DNA of 64,000 nucleotides from Chiloscyllium plagiosum (lineage: Eukaryota), in assembly GCF_004010195.1 (NCBI RefSeq), contig NC_057720.1, positions 1,075,700-1,139,699 on the forward strand, written 5' to 3'. The translations under genes and the position numbers were made by a program. Shown in pieces: positions 51,335 to 63,113 of the stretch. Under the pieces are notes generated by a model. That model did no database searches, was not told the origin of the DNA, and saw nothing but the letters and a program-made list of their open reading frames with translations. The number at the start of each line of letters is the position of its first letter. Position 1 is the stretch's first letter.

Positions 51335-51869
51335 CTGTAAGACAATATATTGCAGTGTTAGGCTTTTGAAATCACCCAGGGTGCCATTTGTAGTATAACC
51401 AATGAACAGCACTTCTTCACCAGTGACTCAGTAGCTGCAGTGTGTACTATTACCAAAATGCACCGTAGTAATTCACGAAGGCTGCTTCGACAACGGCTTC
51501 CAAACCCATGACCTCTAGATGAACAAGACAGCAGATACATGGGAACACCACTCCCTGCAATTCCTCTCCAAGCCACTCACCATCCTAACTTGGGAAGGTA
51601 CTGCTGTTCCTTTAGTATTGCTGAATCAAAATCCTAGGATCCCCGTCCTAACAGAACTGCTGGTGTCCCAATATCCCAAGGACTGCAGCAATTCAGAAGG
51701 CAACTCACTTGTACAAGGGCAGCTAGGGGTGAGCAATAAATGCCAGCCGAGCCAGCGATGCCCACATCCAATGCATGAATAAAAATAACCAACTTCTCTA
51801 ACTGCAGTGTACCAGCGCTCTGATGAAGGGTCACAAACCTGAAACATTAACTCTGTTTCTCTCTGCCAA

Positions 51870-52540
51870 ACCTGTATGTATAGAACTGCAGGAGATGAGT
51901 GAGGTCCTCAATGAATATTTCTCCCCTGTGTTTACCATGGAGAAAGACATGAAGACTTGGGAGCTTGGGGAAGTTAGTGGTGGTATCTTGGGGACAGTCC
52001 ATATCACAGTAGACGTGGTGTTGGATGTATTAGAACGCATGAAGGTTGATAAATCTTCTGGTCCTGACCAGATATATACAAGAACACTCTAAGAGGCTAC
52101 AGAAGAAATTGCAGGGGCCCTGGCTGATATTGTTACGTCAACGTGAGCCACTGGTGAAGTCCCGGAAGACTGGAGGGTAGTGAATGTTGTACCCTTATTC
52201 AGGAATGCTGCAAATAAAAACTGGTAATTACAGACCAGTAAGTCTAACATCTGTGGTGGGTGAGTTAATTGAGAAGATTGTGAGATAAGATATACATGCA
52301 TTTGGAAAGACAGGGTTCAATTAGGAATAGTCAGCATGGCGTTGTGAGTGGGAGATCATGTCTCACAAATTTGTTAGAGCTCTTTGAAGTGACCAAAAAG
52401 GTTGATCAGGGCAGGGTGGTAGACGTAGTCTATATGAAATTCAGTAAGGCTTTTGATAAGTTCCATATGGTGGGCTGCTCTGGAAGGTTTGATCGCATGG
52501 AATCCAGGGGGAGCTGGCAAATTGGATTAATGGTAGGAAG
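51870..52540 (+). mobile_element. CR1 ORF2 internal fragment
   Basis: EVLNEYFSPVFT, DKSSGPDQIY and RSCLTNL motifs. Confidence 0.8.
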
Positions 52541-52762
52541 CTGAAAAATGTGTTGCTGGAAAAGTGCAGCAGGTCAGGCAGCATCCAAGGAGCAGGAGAA
52601 TCAACGTTTCGGGGGCATAAGCCCTTCTTCAGGGATGAGGAGGGTGTGCCAAGCAGGCTAAGATAAAAGGTAGGGAGGAGGGACTTGGGGGAGGGGCAGC
52701 GGGAATGCGATAGGTGGAAGGAGGTTAAGGTGAGGGTGATAGGCCAGAGAGGGGGTGGGGGA
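52540..52762 (-). mobile_element. Family B hammerhead element with extended 5' region
   Basis: Homologous to 56915-57185. Core CTGAAGAagggcttatgcccccGAAACGTT. Confidence 0.75.
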
Positions 52763-52854
52763 GCATCAAAGGAGCATTGCACTGTGCACAGACAATACCA
52801 AAGAGGTGCTGCACTGTCAGAGAGAATGCTGGCGGCCTTTCCTTGACAGCGGGC

Positions 52855-53597
52855 CTAGTAGATGGATTCTATAGATTGGAGGTTGGATTTTGTGACTGTC
52901 TGGGCCACATTCACCACTCTCTGTAACCGTCTCCGATCTTGAATGGTATAGTTACCATACCAGATAGTGATACATCCAGACAAAATGCTCTCAATGACGC
53001 ACCTATAAATGTTGGCAAAGATATTCGGCATTATGCCAAACTTTCTCAACTGCCTGAGGAAGAAGAGACATTGTTGGGCCTTTGCAACCAGTGTATCCAC
53101 ATGAAGAGTCCAAGAAAGCTTGTTGTTGATGACCACTCCTAGGAGCTTGACACTCTCCACTTGTTCCACCTCTGTGCTGTTAGTGTGTAGGGGGGGTATG
53201 AGTAACACCCCACCGAAACTCGATAATGAGTTCCTTGGTTTTGATGGCATTGAGAGCTAGGTTGTTCTCAGTGCACCATTTTTCCAAGTCTTTCACCTCC
53301 CGTCAGTAATCTGTTTCGTTGCCACCTGAGATTCAACCGACTATGGTGGTGTCATTAAATGGCATTAGTCTGGTATTTGGTGACACAGTCATGGGTATAC
53401 AGTGAGTACAGTAGGGGGCTGAGTACGCACCCCTGGGGGGCTCCAGTGTTGAATGTTAGTGAGGATGAAATATTGCCCCCAATCTTCACTGATTGTGGCT
53501 CATGGGTCAGGAAACTGAAGATCCAGTTGCAGAGAGTGGGGCTTAGTCCGAGATCACTAAGTTTAGTAATCAGTCTCGAAGGGATAATAGTGTTGAA
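52855..53597 (-). mobile_element. Rex1/Babar-clade LINE RT fragment
   Basis: [44 protein letters not shown] and KAQQCLFFLRQLRKF..ESILSGCITIWYG motifs. Confidence 0.8.
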
Positions 53598-54699
53598 GCT
53601 GAATGGCCTACTCCTGTTTCTATCTTCCTGTGTTCTAACATGTGTCTAATCATTTAATTAACATTTAAATGTTTGCTTTCATATTACCTTTAATGCATTG
53701 AATTATCCCAGGCTTCACAGGAAAGGTCACCAAATTGATTTGGAACTGAGCAACGAGAGCATTTATTAAGATGGGTGGGTCCTTGTTAAAGCAGTTAGTT
53801 ACAAGCAGCTTCTCAATGGATCAGAGAGAGGGAGGGTGGAGAGATGGAGACAATCGCAATCCACCTTGGAGATCGTGCTGAGGCTCCAGCCTCTCCTGTT
53901 CTCTCAAGAGGGGAAGATTTAATCAGATTACCCAACATTCCTCAATTTACCTGTCTGTTGGACTGCAGCAAATAGAAAATACTGCCCAATGTTATGTACT
54001 TAACAAGAAACTGAAAAGATTTCAGTTTGAACTACAGGAAAACAAAGTATGAATGATCAACTTAGCTATTCTATTTTAACTATAACTCTCCCTTAACCCT
54101 TTCTACACACGCACACATACAGACAAACAAACATGGATTTGAAGGGTGGAGCAAGATTCCTGGGGAAAGACAGTTCAATAGGGTCTGGTACACAGGGTCT
54201 GATGAGGTGTTCCCTTTTGCTCCTTCCAAATGTTTCTAATCTCCAATCTCACTATTCACTGATGGTTTCAGTTCTTTGCTGAAGATGCAGTGCTTCAGTT
54301 CACATGCTCATTATTTAATCTTTTAGCCACTGTTTAAAGGTGACAGGTCACTGCAAAAGGTGGGAAAGATTAACTATCTTTCAGTTCATGCTTATTTCAT
54401 TGCAGAGAAAGAAAAAGGGACATAAGTGTCTTGAAGTCCAGAGACTCCTATTTCTGTATTGTTCGCACACTGTATCCATTTGCTCAGAAGCCAATCAGAG
54501 AGCTGTTATACTGATAATTCCTGACCTCTGCAACTGGTGCTGATCGCAGCAGCCAATCAGCGTTCTGTCTCTGGGTGAAACGCGCTTTGTACAAACTGCT
54601 GCTTGAACAAAGCAACAGTGTAAACACAATTATAATGATTTCCAGTAACTTGTCTTTGAAAGTGAAGCAGTCTTTTGTAGTCCTTGGTTTACAGCCATG

Positions 54700-54912
54700 G
54701 TTTGGAGATGCCGGTGTTGGACTGGGGTGTACAAAGTTACAAATCACACAACACCAGGTTATAGTCCAACAGGTTTAGTTGGAAACACACTAGCTTTTGG
54801 AGCGATGGTCCTTCATCAGGTGATTGTGAAGGATGAAGGAGTGGTGCTCCGAAAGCTAGTGCTTGCAATTAAACCTGTCGGGCAATAACCTGGTGTTGTG
54901 ATTTGTAACTTT
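54700..54912. mobile_element. Inverted pair of family C hammerhead units
   Basis: Arms at about 54733-54817 and 54833-54912. Minus copy: cac CTGATGA aggaccatcgctcc AAAAGCTA gtg. Plus copy: GATGAaggagtggtgctccGAAAGCTAgtg. Confidence 0.72.
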
Positions 54913-55737
54913 GGCTTGCAGCGGTATCCTTTGCTAATTTGGGTCCATAATCCAATGTAAAGGGAATTAAAAAGCTGTGGTCTTTGCAGGAGGGGCATCT
55001 GAGCTTAGGGTCCAGGCAGCAGAAGGCAAAGCCGACATTTGTGAGTGACTAAAATCAGTGATACGTAGCTGATAGAATTACTACCTGCAAAGATATTAAA
55101 GGGGTGGGGGTAGGGGGTGATTAAATAGATGGGGAGGAATGACAACATGGAGAGATTTAAAAAGAGGGCTGAGACTTTCATTAACAACAGGAGCTGGAAT
55201 AGTTCCGTGTACAGAGAGCCGTAAGGACTTGGTATATGTTAGGAAACTGGCATCAAGAGATTTGCCTCAGTTCAAAATATAGAATATTGTACATTACTGA
55301 AAAATACCATTCAACACTTCATGACTTTACTCATTCCTTGCAAAAAGTGTATTTCTTTGAATGCTCAGTGATCTCTATCAATGGGCAGTGTTTGCCAAGG
55401 CTCTAAGAAAGTTGGTGGTATTGTCAATTTGGTTTGCTGCCAGTAATGTGGGACAAATTCAACAAGTCACAGCTTGTACAGAGAGAATAGTTCATCAGCT
55501 GAGAGTGTTACCTTTTTTTCCATGTAATGCATAGTACTGTAGACATTAAGAATAGACTATTTGTTATCCTCTTTTTTATTCAAGAGCAATCTCTGACATC
55601 TTGGCACATGTGCCTGAGTCAAATCATCATGGCTCAAGAAACTAGAAACCAATGAACAAAACGCAAGCTGACATTTCTAGTCAACTCTTACAGGGCATTA
55701 CTGAGGGAGTGCTGTTTTATTAGAGGGTTACTTAGAG

Positions 55738-55990
55738 CACACTCAGCACTGACCCTCGGACAGTGCAGCACTCCCTCAGCACTGACCCTCTTGACAGTGC
55801 GGCACTCCCTCAGCATTGACCCTGCGACAGTATGGCACTCCCTCAGCACTGACCCTCTGATAGTGCAGCACTTCCTAAGTACTGACCCTCTGACAGTGCG
55901 GCACTCCCTCAGCACTGACCCTCTGAACAGTGCAGCACTCCCTCAGCACTGACCCTCCGACAGTGTGGCACTCCCTCAGCACTGACCCTC
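55738..55990. repeat. 32-bp minisatellite, about 8 units
   Basis: Tandem cactccctcagcactgaccctctgacagtgc units. Confidence 0.92.
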
Positions 55991-55994
55991 AAAA

Positions 55995-56900
55995 GCTGCT
56001 GGTGTCTTACTGTGAAAACTGATACAAAACACCTATTCTGTTCCTTCACCATTTCTTTGTTTCCCATTACTGCTTCTCTAGCCTCATTTTCCAGTGGTCC
56101 AATGTCCATGCTGGCCTCTCTCACCTTTAATAAAACTAAATAAACTTCCAAAATGTTCTTTTATATGACTCATGAGATTACTCGCATAATTCATCATCTC
56201 CCCTTTTTTTTTATTTGTCCTTTGCTGGTTTTTAAAGCTTCCCCAATCTTTTGGCCTCCCACAAATCGTCACCGCATTGGACGCTCTTTCTTTGGTTTTT
56301 ATGCTCTCCCTGACTTCCCTTGTCAGTCATCATTGCTTCATCCTTCCCCTCATATGTTTCTTCTTCCTTGTGATAAATTTCTGCTGTGCCTCCTGAATTA
56401 CCCAGAAACTCCTAGCATTGCGACGCCACCATCTTCCCCTTGTAACTCACTCTGGCCAGCTCACTGTACATATCCTTGTAGTTACCTTTATTCGCAATAG
56501 CATTACATCTGATTCAAGTGTCTCCCTCTCAAACTGCAGAGTGAACTCTACCATATGATGGCCACTGCCCCCGAAGGGTCCTTTCACCTTAAGCTGCCTC
56601 ATCAAGTCCATCTCATTATACACTACTAAATCCAAAATGGTATCAGTTTTCACAAGAAGAAACCAGCAGCTTATCAGAATTTCAAGAGTGTGAGGGGCAG
56701 AAATAAGTGTAGTGGCCATCACTAAGGAGAAGGGACCACAAACTGCTCCAAAAAAAAAACTGTTTGACATTCCACAAATTCCTTTACTTGGCATCTGCAA
56801 CCAATCTGATTTTCCCAGTCCACCTGGATAGTGAAGCTTACTGTAATTGTGTCTTTCTTACATGCATTTTTCTAATTTATTTTCTTCCCGACGTCCTGAC
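55995..56900 (-). mobile_element. Old CR1 ORF2 endonuclease-to-RT linker remnant
   Basis: ILDLVVYNE..GGSGHHMVEF and IGPLENE..CFVSVFT motifs. Confidence 0.65.
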
Positions 56901-56914
56901 TACTGCTAGCATAA

Positions 56915-57185
56915 GCTGAAAATGTGTTGCTGGAAAAGTGCAGCAGGTCAGGCAGCATCCAGGGAACAGGAGAATCGACGTTTCGGGCATAAGCCCTTCT
57001 TCAGGAATGAGGAAAGTTTGTCCAGCAGGCTAAGATAAAAGGTAGGGAGGAGGGACTTGGGGAGGGGCGTCGGAAATGTGATAGGTGGAAAGAGGTCAAG
57101 GTGAGGGTGATAGGTCAGACTGGGGTGGGGGCAGAGAGGTCAGGAAGAAGATTGCAGGTTAGGAAGGCGGTGCTGAATTTTTTCC
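56915..57185 (-). mobile_element. Family B hammerhead element with intact core (ribozyme at 56973-57008)
   Basis: attc CTGAAGA a gggc ttat gccc GAAAC GTC gatt. 15-bp TSD ctactgctagcataa at 56900-56914 and 57186-57200. Confidence 0.82.
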
Positions 57186-58575
57186 CTACTGCTAGCATAA
57201 CTCCCATTAGGGTCTTTTTTTCCCTTTGCGATCGCTCAACTCTCAATTCTATATTTTCCGACCCTTCTTGTTATCAAATTGATTTCATTTCTTACTAACA
57301 AGGCAACCCTGTCCCCATGCCTGCCCTGTGAATAGATTACATATCCTTCAATAGTTAGGGCTCAGCCCTGATCCCCTTGCAGCCCACACCATCATCCTCG
57401 CCAACTTCAATCTGTACAACAAGCTCATTGACCTGTTTTGTATACTGTGTATTTAAACACAACACCCTCAGTGCTGGGTTGACTGTCCCCTTATCTGCTG
57501 TGTCTTAAGTTCTGTTTCTGACCCTTTCCATACTTCCATTCTATTACATAACCCTCGCCACCCCATCCCACTATTTAAAGTACAAAATGTAATTGATCTA
57601 ATTAAAGGTGTACCAACCTTGGGAGGCTTCTACTTGTTCACATCCTTACAGAAAGACCCTGCTTATCCAAGATCAAGTATTTCCCATTCCATGAAATAAA
57701 GAATCCATATGCAGGAATCCTGATGTTAATAGCTTCATGACAAATACTGGCTGGAAAGTCCTTGTACCCAACCAGAATCAGTCTAAGTTTAAACACCCCG
57801 GTTAAAATACTGGTTGATACAGACCGGTGATATACCTCTCGAATCAGCAACTTAGAGATATAGAAACATAGAAAATAGGAACAGGAGGCCATTCATCTCT
57901 GTCACCATTCAATATGATCAAGGTTCATCATCAAATTCAGTCCTGCTTTCTCCCCAACACTCTCTCATCCCTCTAGCCCCAAGAACTACGTTTATCACCT
58001 CCTTAAAAACATTCAATGTCTTAGACCAAAATACTTTCTGTAGCTGAGAATTCCACAGGCTCACCACTCTTGAGTGAAGATATTTCTCCTCAACTCAGCC
58101 CTAAATGGCCCACCCCGTAACGCAGGGGCAGAAGGCAATGAAGATGGCAGATGGACCGTTAGCCTTAATTTGCTGTGAAGAACATTAGGACCTTGTGAGA
58201 GGGTGAAAGATGCTATAGAAATTTTTACACAAGTTACAAAATGGAAAATCAATTGTGTTCATTCTGCTGTGCAGAACCAAGTGTTCTGCAGAGCTATTTA
58301 TTTCCTCCATAAATAAGAAAGCGATACAGCTCAGGGAATGAACAATCTTGCTGACACAGGTTCAGCCAACCCAATTACCAGGGCTGTTTCTAAGATGCTA
58401 AATGGCAAAGTGGAAAATTAATCTCCTTCATCCACACAACAAGCATAAGTGATCAGTGAAGCATTAAAGGTATGAGCTTTGGATGGGATTGTTACCCATT
58501 GAAAAACTCCCACAAGAGGGTTAGGTTTAAGATTCAGACTAGTATATAACCCTTTGCTGTTGGAGGTTTCAGTAC

Positions 58576-58816
58576 TGTAATTCAGGAGTGAAATTATTCC
58601 ACAGAGGCCAAGATCCCATCACCGAGTCACTCTATACTTACACTCCTGACACTAATTCAGCTCCCTCAGAGCCAGCTCTCAGAGTGAACGGAATCTCTGA
58701 CACTGCCGTTTATCTCTGTCTGGCAGGGCTCCCTGATTGGACCAGGTTAACAGCCCCAGTCAGGGAACTCCTGTTCTCTGAGGTCCATTCTGGCTGACCT
58801 CTTTACAATCACTACA
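58576..58816. mobile_element. Probable solo LTR (241 bp)
   Basis: Termini TGTA...TACA, flanks agtac/agtag (4 of 5 match as TSD), and a related diverged sequence near 4090-4260. Confidence 0.55.
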
Positions 58817-58989
58817 AGTAGCTGTCAGTCTTTCCCACATAGGCACAGCAGACCACGTATCTCCATGAGCCGATTCCACCACCAATTAAATCATTCCTGA
58901 TCATCACCACAATTTCATTAAGCTGTTTCAGTTTCATTGCCTATAATGCCAATTTAAAATGCTTCATGAGATGGTGAAGGACATGATAT

Positions 58990-59188
58990 TTACCACCCTC
59001 TGAGAAAAAGAACAGGAAATGACATCGCCACCAGAAATAACATCACCAACCCAAGGAACCCAAAATACATAAATAGAAAGTGAGTCACTAATATCAGCAC
59101 TTCACTGGAGGCTCACTCATCATGTTACAAGTATGGTGATAAAACGCCCAAAAATGAACCTTCCAGCTCAGCAAGCAACTTACGTCCA
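58990..59188 (+). mobile_element. Solo Penelope 3'/pLTR fragment (family A, decayed ribozyme)
   Basis: Homologous to about 985-1175. 10-bp TSD gacatgatat at 58980-58989 and 59189-59198. Confidence 0.72.
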
Positions 59189-59486
59189 GACATGATATAA
59201 ACGCAGATCTGTATTCTTAATAGTTAATGGTTTAATCCATACATAGTTCAACTGTTGCCAGGAGTAAATGCCTTAAGAACACAAGAGTTTGCCTTGAAAC
59301 TTTCAATTGAACCCAAATGTCAGCAGGCTTTACGGAAACAAAGTTTGCAGAGAATGGTTGCCAAGATTGAAATTTTGATTTCAAATTCTGATTCTAAACT
59401 GTCTCTTAATGAAGATGTTAAAAAAAACAAGCAACTATGGATGCTGGAAATCTGAAACAAGTATAAACAGAAATTGCTGGAAGCAT

Positions 59487-61093
59487 GGATTGGGAGCAAT
59501 TGTTCCACGGTAAGGCACTATAGAAATGTGGAGACTGTTTAAGGAACAGTTGTTGCAAGTGATGAATAAATATGTCCCTCTGAGACAGGCAAGAAGGGGT
59601 AAGATAAAGGAACCTTGGATGACGAGAGCAATGGAGCTTCTCGTCAAAAGGAAGAAGGTAGCTTACATAAGGTGGAGGANNNNNNNNNNNNNNNNNNNNN
59701 NNNNNNNNNNNNNNNNNNNNNNNNNNNNNNNNNNNNNNNNNNNNNNNNNNNNNNNNNNNNNNNNNNNNNNNNNNNNNNNNNNNNNNNNNNNNNNNNNNNN
59801 NNNNNNNNNNNNNNNNNNNNNNNNNNNNNNNNNNNNNNNNNNNNNNNNNNNNNNNNNNNNNNNNNNNNNNNNNNNNNNNNNNNNNNNNNNNNNNNNNNNN
59901 NNNNNNNNNNNNNNNNNNNNNNNNNNNNNNNNNNNNNNNNNNNNNNNNNNNNNNNNNNNNNNNNNNNNNNNNNNNNNNNNNNNNNNNNNNNNNNNNNNNN
60001 NNNNNNNNNNNNNNNNNNNNNNNNNNNNNNNNNNNNNNNNNNNNNNNNNNNNNNNNNNNNNNNNNNNNNNNNNNNNNNNNNNNNAGAAGGAAAATATTCT
60101 GCCTGGAAGTCTGTGGTGAGTGGTGTTCCACAGGGCTCTGTCCTTGGACCTCTACTGTTTGTAATTTTTAGTAATGACTTGGATGAGGGTATTGAAGGAT
60201 GGGTCAGCAAGTTTGCAGATGACACAAAGGTTGGAGGTGTCGTTGACAGTATAGAGGGCTGTTGTAGGCTGCAGCGGGACATTGACAGGATGCAGAGATG
60301 GGCTGAGAGGTGGCAGATGGAGTTCAACCTGGATAAATGCGAGGTGATGCATTTTGGAAGGTCAAATTTGAAAGCTGAGTACAGGATTAAGGATAGGATT
60401 CTTGGCAGGGTGGAGGAACAGAGGGATCTTGGTGTGCAAGTACATAGATCCCTTAAAATGGCCACCCAAGTGGACAGGGTTGTTAAGAAAGCATATGGTG
60501 TTTTGGCTTTCATTGACAGGGGGATCGAGTTTAAGAGTCATGAGATCTTGTTGCAGCTCTATAAAACTTTGGTTAGACCCCACTTGGAATACTGCGTCCA
60601 GTCCTGGTCGCCCTGTTATAAGAAAGATGTGGATGCTTTGGAGAGAGTTCAGAGGAGGTTTACCAGGATGCTGCCTGAACTGGAGGGCTTATTTTATGAA
60701 GAGAGGTTGACTGAGCTCAGACTTTTTTCATTGGAGAAAAGGAGGAGAAGAGGGGACCTAATTGAGGTATACAAGATAATGAGAGGCATAGATAGAGTCG
60801 ATAGCCAGAGACTATTTCCCAGGGCAGAAATGACTAACACGAGGGGTCATAGTTTTAAGCTAGTTAGAGGAAAGTATAGAGGGGATGTCAGAGGCGGGTT
60901 CTTTACACAGAGTTGATAGAGCATGGAATGCGTTGCCAGGAGCAGTTGTGGAGGCAGGGTCATTGGGAACATTTAAGAGACTACTGGACATGCATATGGT
61001 CACAGAAATTTGAGGATGCATACATGAGGATCAGTGGTCGGCACAACATCGTGGGCTGAAGGGCCTGTTCGGTGCTGTACTGTTCTACGTTCT
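59487..61093 (+). mobile_element. Young CR1 ORF2 to 3' end, spanning a gap
   Basis: Open RT C-terminal frame (KFADDTK, LEYCVQSWSP) and the 3' tail. Confidence 0.9.
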
Positions 61094-61351
61094 AAAATCA
61101 GCACTGAAAAATATCAGAACGGCCATTTCTGGAGAAGAGCCACTGGATTGGAACCATTCCTTCTGCTTTGTCTCCATAGATACTGCTCGACCTGCTAAGT
61201 CTCTTCAGCAATTCACATTTTTGTTTAGGTCACCCTGCTCATCATTCCAAGTCTGTTGTCCAGATATTACTGCATTTGGACAGAGATGCCTCAGAAAATA
61301 GTGCTAAATATTGGGCAATCATCAGTGAACATCTCTATTACTCATTTTTGA

Positions 61352-61517
61352 TGGAGGGTCAGTGCTGAGGGAGCGCCGCACTGTCGGAGGGTCAGTGCTG
61401 AGGGAGCGCCGCACTGTCGGAGGGTCAGTGCTGAGGGAGTGCCGCACTGCCGTAGGGCCAGTGCTGAGGGAGCGCCGCACTGACGGAGGGCCAGTGCTGA
61501 GGGAGCGCCGCACTGTC
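61352..61517. repeat. 32-bp minisatellite in reverse orientation, about 5 units
   Basis: Tandem ggagggtcagtgctgagggagcgccgcactgtc units. Confidence 0.92.
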
Positions 61518-61838
61518 AAATGTTTCCTGTTTCTCTTCTTTTAAGATGGTCCTTAAAATCCATAATTGGACCAAGCTTTCAGTCATCTGTCCTTATATAT
61601 CCTTCTATGGCTTGGTCTGAAAGTTTGTTTGATGATCTCATTGAAGAGCCTTCTGATGTTTCGGAGGGCCAGTGCTGAGGGAGCGCCGCACTGTCAAATG
61701 TTTCCTGATTCTCTTCTTTTAAGATGGTCCTTAAAATCCATACTGGACCAAGCTTTCAGTCATCTGTCCTTATATATCCTTCTATGGCTTGGTCTGAAAG
61801 TTTGTTTGATGATCTCATTGAAGAGCCTTCTGATGTTT
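61484..61838. repeat. Tandem duplication of about 178 bp
   Basis: 61484-61661 and 61662-61838 are near identical, with one indel and a few substitutions. Confidence 0.92.
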
Positions 61839-62757
61839 TACTGTCTGATTAGTGCAATCTAAATGGAAGCTGATGTTTCTATCTGGTTTGTGTAAGAGAC
61901 GGTGCCTTGAACTAACAGCACTGCAGCTTCCTACTTTACAGAGGAGGAGATCAGACCTGTGCATAACCACACGGCAGAATGGTGCATGTGCACACATATT
62001 TGGTGAATCAGCAAACACCAATCAGCTATGTGGTATATTATCTTGTTGCCGAGAGAACGAGCCAATTGTGCGTGTCTAACATTACAGTGTCAATTCACTA
62101 CCTGTCTCAGAGCATTAATACAAGTTGGAAAGGCTGACGTTCATCAATTGTTTCAAAATCATTTCCACTCTCCCTCCCCTGATTTTGAATTCCAGCCAGT
62201 GAGCTGAAAGGCAATGATGCACAAGCCGATTATAGCTGCTCAAACTGACGGATTAACACTTAATGAACAAATAAGCAGAAAAGAGGCTATTCAGCTCTTT
62301 AAGCCTCTTCCACCGTGCAATGACACCAAGTCCAATTTAAATCTGAACTTGATTTGCAATCCTTACTCTCCTTGTTCAACAAAAAAAATCAACCTCAGTG
62401 TTTTCATTTTAAAATTTCACCAGCTTTCTGGGAAGAGTGTTCCAGATCCTCTATGCATGGAGAAGTGCTTCCTGAGATCACCCTGGCTAGTATGTTACTG
62501 CTCTACCCCTTTGGTTTAGACTCTGCCATCACCACAGCAGATAGCTCCCCTCAACCTACCCAAACAAATCCTTTAAATATCTTAAGCATTTATTATAAAA
62601 TCATTCTTTAATCTTTGCTATAACTTGCACACTCTATCTTGCATTCTCCAGTGTGAACAATCTGTACTCAGCAAAGGACTTAGTTTTATCACCCCACCCC
62701 CCACCTCAATGAAATTCAGGCTCAGCACAACGTTTAGTATTTGATCCTTTGTTGATA

Positions 62758-63113
62758 AAGGGGAACCTCGATTATCTGAACGAGATGGGCGGGCACTATT
62801 TCGTTCGGATAATTGATTATTCGGGTAATCGATTCAATGCTTTTCCTCTGGGGCTTGGAGTTTTATATTAATTCTACTCCCCGTTCAGGAGACTAGCAGC
62901 AGCACTGCGCACACGAGCCCTCACCTACCTCCAACACTTGCACTCCCATCAGTCCAGGACTGTTCTCCCCAGCACTTTTAATCATTGTAAACAAGAGACA
63001 CGATCAGTGTTGGACACACATCTTTGATGTAATGTCTCTGTCGGGACCTCGAGATCTCCTTCGGATAATCCAATTTCCGGATAATTGGTAGTTGGATAAT
63101 CAAGGTTCCTCTG
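62758..63113. mobile_element. pogo/Tigger-like MITE
   Basis: TA flanks. TIRs aaggggaacctcgattatc and gataatcaaggttcctctg. Internal ggataat subterminal repeats. Confidence 0.7.

Noticed and set aside
59615..60916. 433-aa and other long ORFs spanning N runs
   Set aside because: They are inflated by assembly gaps and the real parts are CR1 ORF2. The 406-N gap is shorter than the roughly 900 bp expected from the similar copy at 25355-26270.
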